Source of the DNA: a virus
Lineage: Duplodnaviria; Caudoviricetes
Reading direction: 5' to 3' (one strand)
DNA length: 30,444 bases
Virus record (IMG/VR): IMGVR_UViG_3300033415_000014
Coordinates: 1-30,444 of that record
Shown here: piece after piece, positions 15,791-26,205 of the stretch
Position numbering within the stretch: position 1 is the stretch's first letter
Layout of the letters: each line of letters starts with the position of its first letter
The notes under the pieces: generated by a model
Databases searched by the model: none
Told to the model about the DNA's origin: nothing
What the model saw: only the letters and a program-made list of their open reading frames with translations
Program-made: the position numbers and the translations under genes

Positions 15791-18700
15791 ATGGCAACAA
15801 TAGATACGTTCAAACAACAAGCGAAATACACCACTCAGACTGTTCAGGTGAATTATTTGGAAGGTTTGCAGATATACAAGGAGAATTTCTATCGAAGACC
15901 TATTGTTGTAAATAACACAGGTAAAACAGTAAAAACAAATTATTATATATCTGTTCAGATCAAACATTTTGATTTGTATTTGAACTATAAAAGTAACTAT
16001 AATTTTTCAGATTTACGTGTATATGATACGGACGGAGTAACTGAGTTGGAGTTCGCAGTACAAAATCAGATGTCAACAAACACGTTGATATTTATTAAAA
16101 TTCCTAGTATTGCAGCAGCCTCAAAAACAATATACATAGAATATGGAAATAACGGATTAAACAGTAAAAATTTGGAACTTGACAAACCTCTTCAAAGTGT
16201 TACTTTTTGGAACTTCAACAAAACTAAATTTAGAGACTGGTTTATTGCACAGAATATAATTAGATCCGAACAAATACATTTTAGAGGTGCAAAATTTGTT
16301 AATGGTGATGGTGATACCGTTTTTACAACTCCAACCTTGGCAAATGCAAACGGTTCATATCTTAATTCTTGGCCTATTACTAACGCAATGTATATCGAAC
16401 CTTTAGCTGGTTATAACGCAACTAATTTTAGAAGCAAATTTAATTCAGCACATGCAATTGATACAAATAGACCGGTGGTAAGATGCAACGAGTGGGATCC
16501 TACAATGTCAATCAATGGTTTGGATACATTAGAATTTATGAGTGAAACGCTTTATACTAATTCGCTTAATATTGATCCACTTGACGAATACCGAAACTTC
16601 TATTCATTTTTTGTTATAAAACCAACAGCTATTGGATCAATTCAATATATTTTTGCTGGTCACGAGCTTGGTGGCAAAAGTGTTCAGATAACAGCCGCGG
16701 GTAAAATTGAAATTGTAACTGAGGGTACTTCAACTATTGCTCAACATACAGCAACACTTGCTGCGAATACTAATTATATTGTTGAATGTTCGCTACAGTG
16801 GACTGGTGGTACTGGTTACAACGCACGAATACGTGTGAATGGTGCTGAGGAAACTTTCACAGGGACGAACGCTGGAATGTCAACCAACTTCAAATATAAC
16901 AAAATTGGAAATTCAAGAGCTGGAACAAGTCCTTTCTCAGGTTATCTTGCTGAGTTTGGCTGGTGTGATGGTTTCAATACTTCAAGTGTTGACGACACCG
17001 CGTTTCGCACTTCAATCTATGAATATCTAAACACAAAATATAGAATAGTCGGCTCAGATTTTCCAACTATTACACTTGGAACAGAAACAACTTTAACACC
17101 ATTTATTTATGATGGGTATGTTTCTAACTCAACATTTGCCGATGTAAATTACAGACAAAAGTTATCAAATGACTTTTATGGTTTGGGCTCTAGTGATACT
17201 AAAATTTCCTTTAAAGATAATTTGCAAAAAGTTTGGTTGGCTGGAAATGAAACTTTTGACAATTCTACATTGGATAGTTCAGGTAAATTTTTATCTACAA
17301 AATACAGTCAAGCATACTCAGCTAGCTCTTCAAGCACGTGGACGGCTGGACGCTTTGATCATATATTTTCAGCAAACAACATAAAAAATTTGAATAATTA
17401 CGAAACAAAAGATATTTTTAGCAATATTAAATACATGATAAATGACGAGGATTACATAACTTTAGATATTCATATTGATAATGTCAACGTAAATTACGCA
17501 GGCTCAGTAATTGAATTTTCAGATACGAATAGCTTTGTCAATAGGCGTACTTCGAGCTTAACTGGTCAATACTTCACCATAGGTTTGAATACAATAAATA
17601 TAAAAAAAAGTGAGTTTGGTGAGGTCAATACGCTTACTTGGGATAACGCAATTTATGTTCGTATTAAAGTTGTTATGCTTACTGGACAAACTGCAAATGT
17701 TTATTTTGGTTACGGAAGAGTACTTAAAAATTATGAAAAACTTATAACAAAAAACGCAAAACTTATTATTGGAGATGCGGTAAGTGATGATCAATTCGCA
17801 ACGAGTTATAATGCGGTCAAGAATATCGTAACAGTAACAGACGTTTTGACTTCTGATGGTGGTGTTGAACTTAAAACAAAAGGAGTTTTAGAAGATTTCT
17901 ATTCAAGAAAGTTTAGTGAATTACCAGGATTTCCAACGGACGGTAGACCTTTGTACATTGGATCGGAGCCTTTCGCTTTTCCTAGCGAAACAATTCATTT
18001 CAAAAACTTTGTATTAAAGCAATTGTTTTGTTTAGCTTTTCCTTATTCAATTCTTGACTTTGAAGATATTGACGCAGATTTGACTTTATTGTCTGCTGAA
18101 CTTCAAATATTTGGACAAGAAAATGTACGTGATAGAATAAGTGAAATTTTAGCTCCGATGTTTTCGTCAATTTACTTTGATGATTCAACTGGAAAAATAA
18201 CTTTCAGGAGTGGAAAAAAACTGCTTTCTCAAGTACCTACAAAATTTGTGACAAAAGGAGAGATTATTGAATACAAAACCAACACGATTTCAGATATTGC
18301 CAAAGTGAATAATGTATCTTTGTTGAGGCACCGTAATTCAGATAGTAGGAACTCAACATTTGGCGGTGAAGTTTGGATTTCAACCATTTTAGGTTTTGGT
18401 GGTAAATTTGACGAAATTGGAGCATTCAAAACAAAAGACTTTTTTTATGAGTATAAAACAGCTGACGAAAATAGAAAATTCCTTGAATATACAAGAGTTG
18501 CTGATTACAATTTCGCAACGACAAACGACCCTACTGTTCCAGGAGTCAATAATTCAGGGCTTAAAATACGTTCGATTCGTTTTTTATACCCTTCGACTAT
18601 TGTTATAACAGTTCAAAATCAACTTTCTGTACCTAGATATTTTTATGCTTTGAATTTACAGAGTGCGTTTTCTCAATATACTTCTTTTGACGATACTCAA

Positions 18701-19018
18701 TCTTACAAAAATGAAACTTCAATTAAAAATTATGGTGAAGAAATAATTGATTTACCAAATAAATTATTTTTTTCCAGCGGTGTACCTGTTGCAATTCAAA
18801 ACTTTTGGCAAGGAATTGTTGATAGATTCGGTGAGAATCAAAGGAAATACGAACTTGAAATAAATAATAGAAAAGACCTTTTATTTGAAGAAAACACCGC
18901 TTTTTTTGACAACAAAAATTTACTTGTTCAGGGTAACATCATAGCAACAAGCGAAAATGTAGCTAACAAAAGGACAATTGAAATACTTGCGTCAACTATA
19001 AGACCAGTTATAACATAA
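15791..19018 (+). CDS. Large tail tip protein with DUF2341-like and LamG/concanavalin-like domains
   Basis: YRRPIVV...FSDLRVYDTDG...IFIKIP...IYIEYGN (DUF2341-like); VNG...IG...FSGYLAEF...YLNTKY (LamG-like); SIKNYG hub-like C-terminus. Confidence 0.7.
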   Translation: MATIDTFKQQAKYTTQTVQVNYLEGLQIYKENFYRRPIVVNNTGKTVKTNYYISVQIKHFDLYLNYKSNYNFSDLRVYDTDGVTELEFAVQNQMSTNTLIFIKIPSIAAASKTIYIEYGNNGLNSKNLELDKPLQSVTFWNFNKTKFRDWFIAQNIIRSEQIHFRGAKFVNGDGDTVFTTPTLANANGSYLNSWPITNAMYIEPLAGYNATNFRSKFNSAHAIDTNRPVVRCNEWDPTMSINGLDTLEFMSETLYTNSLNIDPLDEYRNFYSFFVIKPTAIGSIQYIFAGHELGGKSVQITAAGKIEIVTEGTSTIAQHTATLAANTNYIVECSLQWTGGTGYNARIRVNGAEETFTGTNAGMSTNFKYNKIGNSRAGTSPFSGYLAEFGWCDGFNTSSVDDTAFRTSIYEYLNTKYRIVGSDFPTITLGTETTLTPFIYDGYVSNSTFADVNYRQKLSNDFYGLGSSDTKISFKDNLQKVWLAGNETFDNSTLDSSGKFLSTKYSQAYSASSSSTWTAGRFDHIFSANNIKNLNNYETKDIFSNIKYMINDEDYITLDIHIDNVNVNYAGSVIEFSDTNSFVNRRTSSLTGQYFTIGLNTINIKKSEFGEVNTLTWDNAIYVRIKVVMLTGQTANVYFGYGRVLKNYEKLITKNAKLIIGDAVSDDQFATSYNAVKNIVTVTDVLTSDGGVELKTKGVLEDFYSRKFSELPGFPTDGRPLYIGSEPFAFPSETIHFKNFVLKQLFCLAFPYSILDFEDIDADLTLLSAELQIFGQENVRDRISEILAPMFSSIYFDDSTGKITFRSGKKLLSQVPTKFVTKGEIIEYKTNTISDIAKVNNVSLLRHRNSDSRNSTFGGEVWISTILGFGGKFDEIGAFKTKDFFYEYKTADENRKFLEYTRVADYNFATTNDPTVPGVNNSGLKIRSIRFLYPSTIVITVQNQLSVPRYFYALNLQSAFSQYTSFDDTQSYKNETSIKNYGEEIIDLPNKLFFSSGVPVAIQNFWQGIVDRFGENQRKYELEINNRKDLLFEENTAFFDNKNLLVQGNIIATSENVANKRTIEILASTIRPVIT

Positions 19019-19105
19019 CTATGAAATTACTTATTGCAAGAAGACAGTTTCTTGTTCAGATTAGAAGACGGAAGCGGATTTATATCATTAGCATAATTAT
19101 TTAAT

Positions 19106-19468
19106 ATGGCTCTTCAAAAAAATTTATCTAAAAAAATAAGGGGTGATACTTACCCTATTATTATTGACAGTATAAAATTAAATGATGTAGCTATAGATTT
19201 GCAAGGTTACACTTTCTTTTTTACTTTGAAACAAAATAGAGAAAGTCAAAACGCAACTGACACAGATGCTATACTTCAAAAAACGTGGACGGTAGCAAGC
19301 GGTGTACCTGTTTATTCAACAAGTTTTGTTGTAAGTGCCTCAGACATGGATATTCAAGAAGCTGATTACTTTTATGATATTCAGTACAAAACACCCGCAG
19401 GCGTAATAAAAACAGTTCTGATTGGAACTTTCCCTATTATAAACGATATAACAAGAAGAATTTCATAA
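19106..19468 (+). CDS. BppU N-terminal-like baseplate/fibre attachment protein
   Basis: RGDT...IDLQGYTFFFTLK...YFYDIQ...TVLIGTF pattern. Confidence 0.6.
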   Translation: MALQKNLSKKIRGDTYPIIIDSIKLNDVAIDLQGYTFFFTLKQNRESQNATDTDAILQKTWTVASGVPVYSTSFVVSASDMDIQEADYFYDIQYKTPAGVIKTVLIGTFPIINDITRRIS

Positions 19469-19469
19469 T

Positions 19470-19796
19470 ATGGCAGATTCAATTGTAGCTAATTTAGTTG
19501 AGGAAATTATCACACCTACAATTGTTGAGGAAATTATTCAGGTGAATTTTGATGCGGGGGTGGTGCCTGCAACAAGTGTACAAATAAAAAGCGAGGTGCC
19601 AAGTGGAGCAATAAATGGAGTAAATGCGACTTTTACCTCAGCCTCAGCTTTCGATGGCTCGACACTTGAAGTATTTAAGAATGGTCAAAAGTTGACAGTA
19701 ATTGACGATTTCAATATAACTAATTCAACAACCTTTGTGTTGACAATTTCCCCTTTAACGCTCGATAAATTATCAATAAATTACACTCAATTATAA
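19470..19796 (+). CDS. Tail/virion accessory protein
   Basis: EVPSGAINGVNATFT...VFKNGQKL..DDF domain shared with the C-terminus of the next ORF. Confidence 0.55.
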   Translation: MADSIVANLVEEIITPTIVEEIIQVNFDAGVVPATSVQIKSEVPSGAINGVNATFTSASAFDGSTLEVFKNGQKLTVIDDFNITNSTTFVLTISPLTLDKLSINYTQL

Positions 19797-19802
19797 TAAT
19801 AT

Positions 19803-20609
19803 ATGGCTACAACTACAATCGCACAAGACCAAATCCGAGACGGAGCAATAAATAATGCAAAAGTTCAAGCTGGTGCAGCAATTGCACTTGATAAAATAGC
19901 AAATGGTACAATTATTATACTTGCTAATGGCACAGTAGCGATGACCGCTAATTTTGACGCTGGAAACTTCAAACTTATCAATGTAACCGATCCAACAGGT
20001 GCTCAAGATGCGGCAACAAAAGCCTATGTAGATTCAGCAATTGCAGGTCAAAAAGGTAAGGAAGAAGTAGTCGTAGCAACAACTGCAAACATTACACTTT
20101 CAGGAACTCAAACTATTGATGGAATTGGTGTAATTGCTAACGACCGAGTGCTGGTAAAAGACCAAACAGCACCCGCTGAAAATGGTATTTATGTAGTAGC
20201 TTCAGGTGCCTGGATACGCTCAACTGATACGAATACGTGGAATGAGCTCGTTTCAGCTTTGGTGTTCGCTGAGAAAGGAACAGTCAGTGCAGACAAATCG
20301 TTTTTGTGTACTGTTGATAAGGGAGGAACATTGAACACAACCGCCGTAACGTGGGTAACTTTCGGATCTGGTGGAGGTCTTGCAACTTCTAATTTTGTTA
20401 CACGTGAAATTCCAACTGGATTGGTGGATGGATCAAACACTTCTTATAGTCTTGCTTTCACTCCTACGACAGGTACCGATAGTGTAAAACGAAACGGTGT
20501 TGAAATGCAAGTTGGCGGTAGTAATGATTACACCATTTCAGGTGCAACAATTACTTTTGTTACAGCTCCTGTTACTGGAGACTCTATTCAAGTTTCATAC
20601 ATGAAATAA
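19803..20609 (+). CDS. Tail fibre / virion structural protein
   Basis: DPTGAQDAATKAYVD and ATTANITLSGTQTIDG...DRVLVKDQT...ENGIYV motifs common in phage fibre proteins. Confidence 0.72.
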   Translation: MATTTIAQDQIRDGAINNAKVQAGAAIALDKIANGTIIILANGTVAMTANFDAGNFKLINVTDPTGAQDAATKAYVDSAIAGQKGKEEVVVATTANITLSGTQTIDGIGVIANDRVLVKDQTAPAENGIYVVASGAWIRSTDTNTWNELVSALVFAEKGTVSADKSFLCTVDKGGTLNTTAVTWVTFGSGGGLATSNFVTREIPTGLVDGSNTSYSLAFTPTTGTDSVKRNGVEMQVGGSNDYTISGATITFVTAPVTGDSIQVSYMK

Positions 20610-20621
20610 TAATAATGAACT

Positions 20622-21059
20622 ATGCCAGCCACTCAAGTTGAACTTTCAAATCAAGTCAAAGGTAACTTACCCATTGCCAACTTGGGTAGTGGCACTGGTG
20701 CAAGTTCAACAACTTTTTGGGCTGGTGATGCAACGTGGAAAAGACAAACTAAAAGAACAGGTACAGCCACAAGCTCTGCTACACCAACAATCAATACCGA
20801 TAACGTAGATTTTTATTCTCTTACAGCTCAAGCAGTAAACATAACCTCTTTTACAACCAATTTATCGGGTACGCCTGTTGACGGTCAATTATTGTGGATA
20901 GCCATTACTGGAACAGCGACAAGAACAATAGCTTGGGGTGCAAGTTTTGAGGCTTCTACGGTTGCCTTGCCAACAACAACTTCTGGGACAAACAGACTTG
21001 ATGTGGGGTTTGTTTGGAACTCAGTAACAAGCAAATGGCGATGTATAGCCGTTGCCTAA
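20622..21059 (+). CDS. Tail fibre-associated protein
   Basis: T/S/G-rich; LPIANLGSGTGASSTTFW.GD.TW and C-terminal 'SKWRCIAVA'. Confidence 0.6.
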   Translation: MPATQVELSNQVKGNLPIANLGSGTGASSTTFWAGDATWKRQTKRTGTATSSATPTINTDNVDFYSLTAQAVNITSFTTNLSGTPVDGQLLWIAITGTATRTIAWGASFEASTVALPTTTSGTNRLDVGFVWNSVTSKWRCIAVA

Positions 21060-21071
21060 ACATTAAATATT

Positions 21072-21584
21072 ATGGCTATTGAAACTTTAACAATTAATGG
21101 AGATGGAACCACAACCTCAGGCTGGGCAGCTGAGGGTGGAACATTTACACGGATTCAATCAGATGATGGAGATACTACAAGACTATACACCCCGACAAAT
21201 AACGATGTTAGACAATTTGCTATTACTAACACCTCAGCAAGCTCAGGAGCAACTATAAACTCGGTTACTGTTTATTTTAAGTTTAGGTCTCTCGATCCTG
21301 TTTCAAATACTTTTCAAATTGGTGTAAGGACTGGTAGCACTGATTACTATTCAGGTAACAAAGATACTGTTTCTTCAACATCATACATTTTATTTTCTGA
21401 AACTTGGACGACAAACCCGAATACAGGGTTGGCGTGGACTTCATCACAAATTGATTCGCTAGAAATTGGTGTTAAAAAAACCAATGGAGTTGGTGGTGCA
21501 ATTACTTTTGGTTATGTTGAAGTAGATTATACAGCCGCAGCTCCAAGCGTAAATAGCAACGCTTTTTTTCAATTCTTTGATTAA
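21072..21584 (+). CDS. Virion beta-sandwich protein
   Basis: GATINSVTV...WTTNPNTGLAWT...SLEIGV...VEVDY motifs; within the fibre block. Confidence 0.55.
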   Translation: MAIETLTINGDGTTTSGWAAEGGTFTRIQSDDGDTTRLYTPTNNDVRQFAITNTSASSGATINSVTVYFKFRSLDPVSNTFQIGVRTGSTDYYSGNKDTVSSTSYILFSETWTTNPNTGLAWTSSQIDSLEIGVKKTNGVGGAITFGYVEVDYTAAAPSVNSNAFFQFFD

Positions 21585-21592
21585 ACTTTTTT

Positions 21593-24500
21593 ATGATTCA
21601 AACAAATTTCAGCATTAAAGGATTTTTAACAAACACTGATTTAATTCGTGGGAATACGGTAGTTATTAAAATAAGTGGCATACCAACTAAAAGTGGTTTG
21701 CCTTTTCAATTTGACTGGAATTTACGCAATTTTTATCCGATTGATTATAAGAAAGGCACTGTTAGTCAGTCTGGAACTGGAACACTTGCAACTTCAACTA
21801 CAACGAGTTTAATTGTTACTTTCCCCTTGCCAAGTGCAAATTACACGTTAGGGAGCAAACATACTTTTGCACTTCAACTTACTGATACTGTTTCAGGTGC
21901 AGTCCAGGAAGGTTGCCAAATTAGTTTTACTATTGCCTCAGATTCGGTGGAAAGCGTGGGTAGCCAGGTTTTGAGCGAAACGAACCCATCAAATTTCGTT
22001 CGTTCAGTTGTTTTGACAGGTTTAAGTCTAGTTACTGGTGGTGTAATTTCCACTTCAGACACGGTTTTGCAGGCTTTTGGCAAGTTGCAAAATCAAATTA
22101 CAAATCTATCTGTTTCAGCAAGCTCAGCTTGGGGTTCAATTACTGGTACACTTTCAGCTCAGACTGATTTACAAAATGCTTTGAATGCCAAACAAAATAC
22201 GATTACAAATTCAGATTCTATTACGCAAGGTTCTACAAATTTGTTTTTGACTACTGGAGAAAGGACGAAGTTAAGCAATACGACAAATACAAATAGTGGA
22301 GACGAAACGAATGGAACAATTATTGCAAAAATTGGTTTTACCCCTGAAAATATTGCGAATAAAGATCAAAATAATGGTTATTCAAGTTTAGATTCTGGTG
22401 GGAAAGTACCACTTGCAAATTTACCATCAACTTTATTAAAATATGTTGGAGTTTGGAATGCAAGCACAAATACACCAACACTTACCAACCCTGATACTAC
22501 TAAAAAAGGAAATGTTTATAATGTATCTGTTGCTGGAACTCAATTTGGCATTAGTTGGAAACTCGGAGATTGGCTTATCTACAATGATAGTGGCGTGCCT
22601 GAGAAGTCGGATAACAGTGATGACGTGGTAAGCGTAAACGGTCAAACTGGTACAGTTTCATTGGCAAAAAGTGATGTTGGATTAAGCAACGTTGATAACA
22701 CATCAGATATAAACAAACCAGTTTCAACTGCTACAGAAACTGCGTTGAATGATAAAGTTGCAAAAGATGGCGACACGATGACGGGGAAACTAACAGTCCT
22801 CAGCGAGGTTGAAATAAAATCAAGTGGAATTGTTGGAGATAATAACGGAATAATTCAGAAAATTGAAAATGATGGATATGGTCAAGGTGTTTTTAGGTGG
22901 TTATTCAATAATACAAGCTCGTTTCCACTTGTTGCATCTTTTTTTAGAACAGCTGGGGGACTTTTTGATAAAGTTACTTTTAACGGTAACATTGAGGCTA
23001 ATAATTTAAGCAATACAAATACAGGGGATGAAACCAATGCAACGATTAAAACTAAACTTGGAATTACAACGCTCTCTGGTGTAAATACAGGAGATCAAGA
23101 TTTAAGCCCTTATGCGATAAATTCTTCAGTAGTATTAAAAACTGGAGATACGATGACAGGGAAACTAAACTTGCCTTCAACATCAACAGGGTCACTCAAC
23201 CTTAATACAGGAGCTAAACCAACCACAATAATTTCTGGTGATGTTTTTTCAACTTCAGAAGGTCTTTTTTATCAAGGTTCAAACTTGCATCAATTAGACT
23301 TTGATACTTCAACAACAGGTGCTTTGAGTAAACCAGTTATTACAGATAACGGAAACGGAACGGTTAATGTAGCTTCTGTTGAATGCTTTTTATTCTCGGG
23401 GGCGGATTGGACAGGTAATTACGCAAAATACGTTATTCAAGCCGTTACCAATCTTACTATAACAGATAACTCAGTTAATTATTTGCTCATTTCATATAAT
23501 TTAGCTACTCCAATTTATTCTATTAGTACATCGCCTGCTAGTGTAAATGGTTCAAGCGTAGTATTAGCTGCAAAGTTATTTAGGGAAGGGTTGGAAATTC
23601 ACTGGTTATCTGTTGACTGGGGTCTTTCAACAGCGAATAGACTAAATGATAGAGAAGTTTCAACTGATAGGTATGCGTGGCAAACAGGGTTAACCTTAGG
23701 AGAAACAACAGGGAGTGTGATAGACATCACGGCTGGTGTGCTTTGGTATGGTTGTACTTATTTTAGCAAATTGGCGGTGAACTCATCGGGCAACCAAGCG
23801 TACTTTTATTCTCATTCAGCTGGTGCGTGGACTAAGTCAAGCGTTAGTGTTTATAATAATACTCAATATGATAACGGAACTGATCTTGCTACGTTGTCAA
23901 GCGGTAGATATGCAGTTAATTGGGTATACAGAATAGTTGATGGTGATGGCTTACCTGGTATTGCTTTTATTCTTGGATCGGGTAACTACACATTATCGCA
24001 AGCACAAGCTAGTTCTGTTCCAGCAGTTCCTCCAATGATAAGTCAAATGGCTATTCTAGTTGGTAGGATTATAGTGCAAAAAAATGCAGTTACTGCGACA
24101 CAGATAGACAGTGCTTTTTCCACGACTTTCCAGGGGACTGTTACAGCCAACCACAACGACTTAGGTGGATTACAAGGTGGTACAGCTAATGAATACTATC
24201 ACTTAACGGCTGCACAACTTGCTTCAATTCCTAAGCCACTTTCTGTTTTATTTCCTTTTCATGGGCATGGTGCGGTCGCGGTTATTTCTCAAGCAGTAAC
24301 TGCTAGCTTGTGCAAAGTTGCTCTATTAGAAGTTGCGATACCAACAACCGTTGATGCTATCCAATATACAGTTGGTTCAGTTAGATCGGGTAACGTTAGG
24401 GCTGGAATTTACCAAATTGCAACTGCAAATAAAAATGACGCCTCAAATACGTTCACAGGCTCAACAGTTATTGCAGATTCAGGGACGGTTGCACAAGGGA

Positions 24501-24748
24501 CAGCTTTACAGCTACAAACGCTTACGTTCACACCTATTACACTTCAACCTGGAAAATATTTTATTGCGTTGATGGTAGATAATTCCACTGGCACGTTCAT
24601 GAGGCATTCAAATGGTGCAAATGGCGTTGGTTGGGCATGCGGATACACAGCAACTGGTTTTGCCTTTACAACTCCTGCTCCTGCTCCAACGGATACAACA
24701 TTTAACAACGTACCAGGATATAAATTACGAGTTGTAACTAATTATTAA
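21593..24748 (+). CDS. Long tail fibre / receptor-binding protein
   Basis: 1051 aa T/S/G-rich; WGSITGTLSAQTDL, SVNGQTG, VGLSNVDNTSD..KPVS, GDTMTGKL x2 and NTGD repeats. Confidence 0.8.
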   Translation: MIQTNFSIKGFLTNTDLIRGNTVVIKISGIPTKSGLPFQFDWNLRNFYPIDYKKGTVSQSGTGTLATSTTTSLIVTFPLPSANYTLGSKHTFALQLTDTVSGAVQEGCQISFTIASDSVESVGSQVLSETNPSNFVRSVVLTGLSLVTGGVISTSDTVLQAFGKLQNQITNLSVSASSAWGSITGTLSAQTDLQNALNAKQNTITNSDSITQGSTNLFLTTGERTKLSNTTNTNSGDETNGTIIAKIGFTPENIANKDQNNGYSSLDSGGKVPLANLPSTLLKYVGVWNASTNTPTLTNPDTTKKGNVYNVSVAGTQFGISWKLGDWLIYNDSGVPEKSDNSDDVVSVNGQTGTVSLAKSDVGLSNVDNTSDINKPVSTATETALNDKVAKDGDTMTGKLTVLSEVEIKSSGIVGDNNGIIQKIENDGYGQGVFRWLFNNTSSFPLVASFFRTAGGLFDKVTFNGNIEANNLSNTNTGDETNATIKTKLGITTLSGVNTGDQDLSPYAINSSVVLKTGDTMTGKLNLPSTSTGSLNLNTGAKPTTIISGDVFSTSEGLFYQGSNLHQLDFDTSTTGALSKPVITDNGNGTVNVASVECFLFSGADWTGNYAKYVIQAVTNLTITDNSVNYLLISYNLATPIYSISTSPASVNGSSVVLAAKLFREGLEIHWLSVDWGLSTANRLNDREVSTDRYAWQTGLTLGETTGSVIDITAGVLWYGCTYFSKLAVNSSGNQAYFYSHSAGAWTKSSVSVYNNTQYDNGTDLATLSSGRYAVNWVYRIVDGDGLPGIAFILGSGNYTLSQAQASSVPAVPPMISQMAILVGRIIVQKNAVTATQIDSAFSTTFQGTVTANHNDLGGLQGGTANEYYHLTAAQLASIPKPLSVLFPFHGHGAVAVISQAVTASLCKVALLEVAIPTTVDAIQYTVGSVRSGNVRAGIYQIATANKNDASNTFTGSTVIADSGTVAQGTALQLQTLTFTPITLQPGKYFIALMVDNSTGTFMRHSNGANGVGWACGYTATGFAFTTPAPAPTDTTFNNVPGYKLRVVTNY

Positions 24749-24756
24749 TTTTTTAT

Positions 24757-25821
24757 ATGCGGTATCCTTTCAATAATTCTTACCCCTTAACTTCGCCATT
24801 TGGAATGCGTGACAACCCTTTTGCTACTGGCGGTCGTGAATTTCATGATGGTGTAGATTTTGGTTGCCCTGCTAATACGCCCATTCTAGCTGCAACAGAC
24901 GGAACTATAACACTTGCTACATTTTCAACGTTGTGGGGAAACTATGTTGAATTGACTGAAAGTTCTAAAATAATAACGAAATATACTCATTTGAACGCTT
25001 TTAATGTTTCAATCGGTCAACAAGTTAAGCAAGGGGAAATAATTGGTTGGAGTGGTAGCACAGGACGTTCAACAGGTGCACACTTACACTTTGGCGTTGC
25101 CGAACGTGGTGTATTTGTTGATCCTTTAATTCATCTTAACAACAATATTATGTCTCTCGATAAAAATACTATTTACACAACTATTGATAATGATCAAAAT
25201 TTTGACGAACCAACAAAACAAACGCTAAAAAATGCAGTGAATAATAATGATATGAATTATATCCTAGCTTTCGCAGGATCACAGCCACGCCGTTTCTTGA
25301 ATGAAGCAAACTTAGAAAAATACAAGGCTGAGGAGAAACTCTCTCAAATTGATGAAATAAATAAAAAAACTATTGAGGGAATGCAGGAAATTATTGATTC
25401 TGGCAATGCAATAACAGCTCAATATGCTCAAAAAATTGTTGATATTGGAAAGGACGCAAAACAAGCTGAAACGATATTGAACGAACAAAAAGCTGAAAAT
25501 CTTGAGTTACAAACACAAATTAAAAAGTTGAAACTTGCGAATAGTATTAACCAAGTTCCTGATGTCGGGAACACATCGGGAAAATCAAATAGTTCAACTA
25601 ATGATAAATGGGACTGGAATAAGTTTTTCGTAGGATTGTCTAAAAATGCTACAATTCAATCGGTACTTGGTGTTATAATTACGGCAGGTATAAGTTGGAT
25701 AACAACGCAAATTCCTGAGTTGAAACCGTTGCAAACTGAAATTACAGTTGGATTACTTGGGTTGCTTGGTGTAGGTGTGGCAGGTCAAAATGTTTCAAAT
25801 GTTATCAAAACCAATCAATAG
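24757..25821 (+). CDS. M23 peptidase endolysin with coiled coil and two C-terminal TM helices
   Basis: HDGVD, YTHL and STGAHLHF M23 zinc motifs; heptad region; hydrophobic VLGVIITAGISWI and ITVGLLGLLGVGVAG. Confidence 0.85.
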   Translation: MRYPFNNSYPLTSPFGMRDNPFATGGREFHDGVDFGCPANTPILAATDGTITLATFSTLWGNYVELTESSKIITKYTHLNAFNVSIGQQVKQGEIIGWSGSTGRSTGAHLHFGVAERGVFVDPLIHLNNNIMSLDKNTIYTTIDNDQNFDEPTKQTLKNAVNNNDMNYILAFAGSQPRRFLNEANLEKYKAEEKLSQIDEINKKTIEGMQEIIDSGNAITAQYAQKIVDIGKDAKQAETILNEQKAENLELQTQIKKLKLANSINQVPDVGNTSGKSNSSTNDKWDWNKFFVGLSKNATIQSVLGVIITAGISWITTQIPELKPLQTEITVGLLGLLGVGVAGQNVSNVIKTNQ

Positions 25822-25825
25822 TTCT

Positions 25826-26203
25826 ATGTTCAAATATATCCGCACTCCGCTCTTTTTATTATTTGTGCCTTTCATGAGTTATTTCGTTCACGGATTTGGT
25901 TTAAGCAATTTTAATAATTTTGATTCAGGATACAAACTCTATAGCCAGATAACCTCAGCAAATTACTTGGTAGCTATTTTGATGGTTATTCTAATCAGCA
26001 TAAGTACAAAAACAGTTGACACACTTCACTTGTATGTTCGCATATTAGTAATCGGATCTGTTTTGACGACATGGTTTTTCTATTCGTTACAACACGTTCA
26101 GATAAACGGCATAACTATAACACATTCGTCACTTTTCTTCTTTGAATTGATTTACTTACTGTTTGTGATCATCTTTTTTATACAGGAATATAATCGGAAA
26201 TAA
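25826..26203 (+). CDS. Multi-pass membrane protein (holin candidate); probable start at 25826
   Basis: About four hydrophobic segments and a basic C-terminus, in the lysis cassette. Confidence 0.55.
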   Translation: MFKYIRTPLFLLFVPFMSYFVHGFGLSNFNNFDSGYKLYSQITSANYLVAILMVILISISTKTVDTLHLYVRILVIGSVLTTWFFYSLQHVQINGITITHSSLFFFELIYLLFVIIFFIQEYNRK

Positions 26204-26205
26204 AT

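Noticed and set aside
15791-24748. Diversity-generating retroelement target or template repeats
   Set aside because: No reverse transcriptase in the window, and I found no ~100-bp repeat pair differing only at adenines; a template outside the window cannot be excluded.
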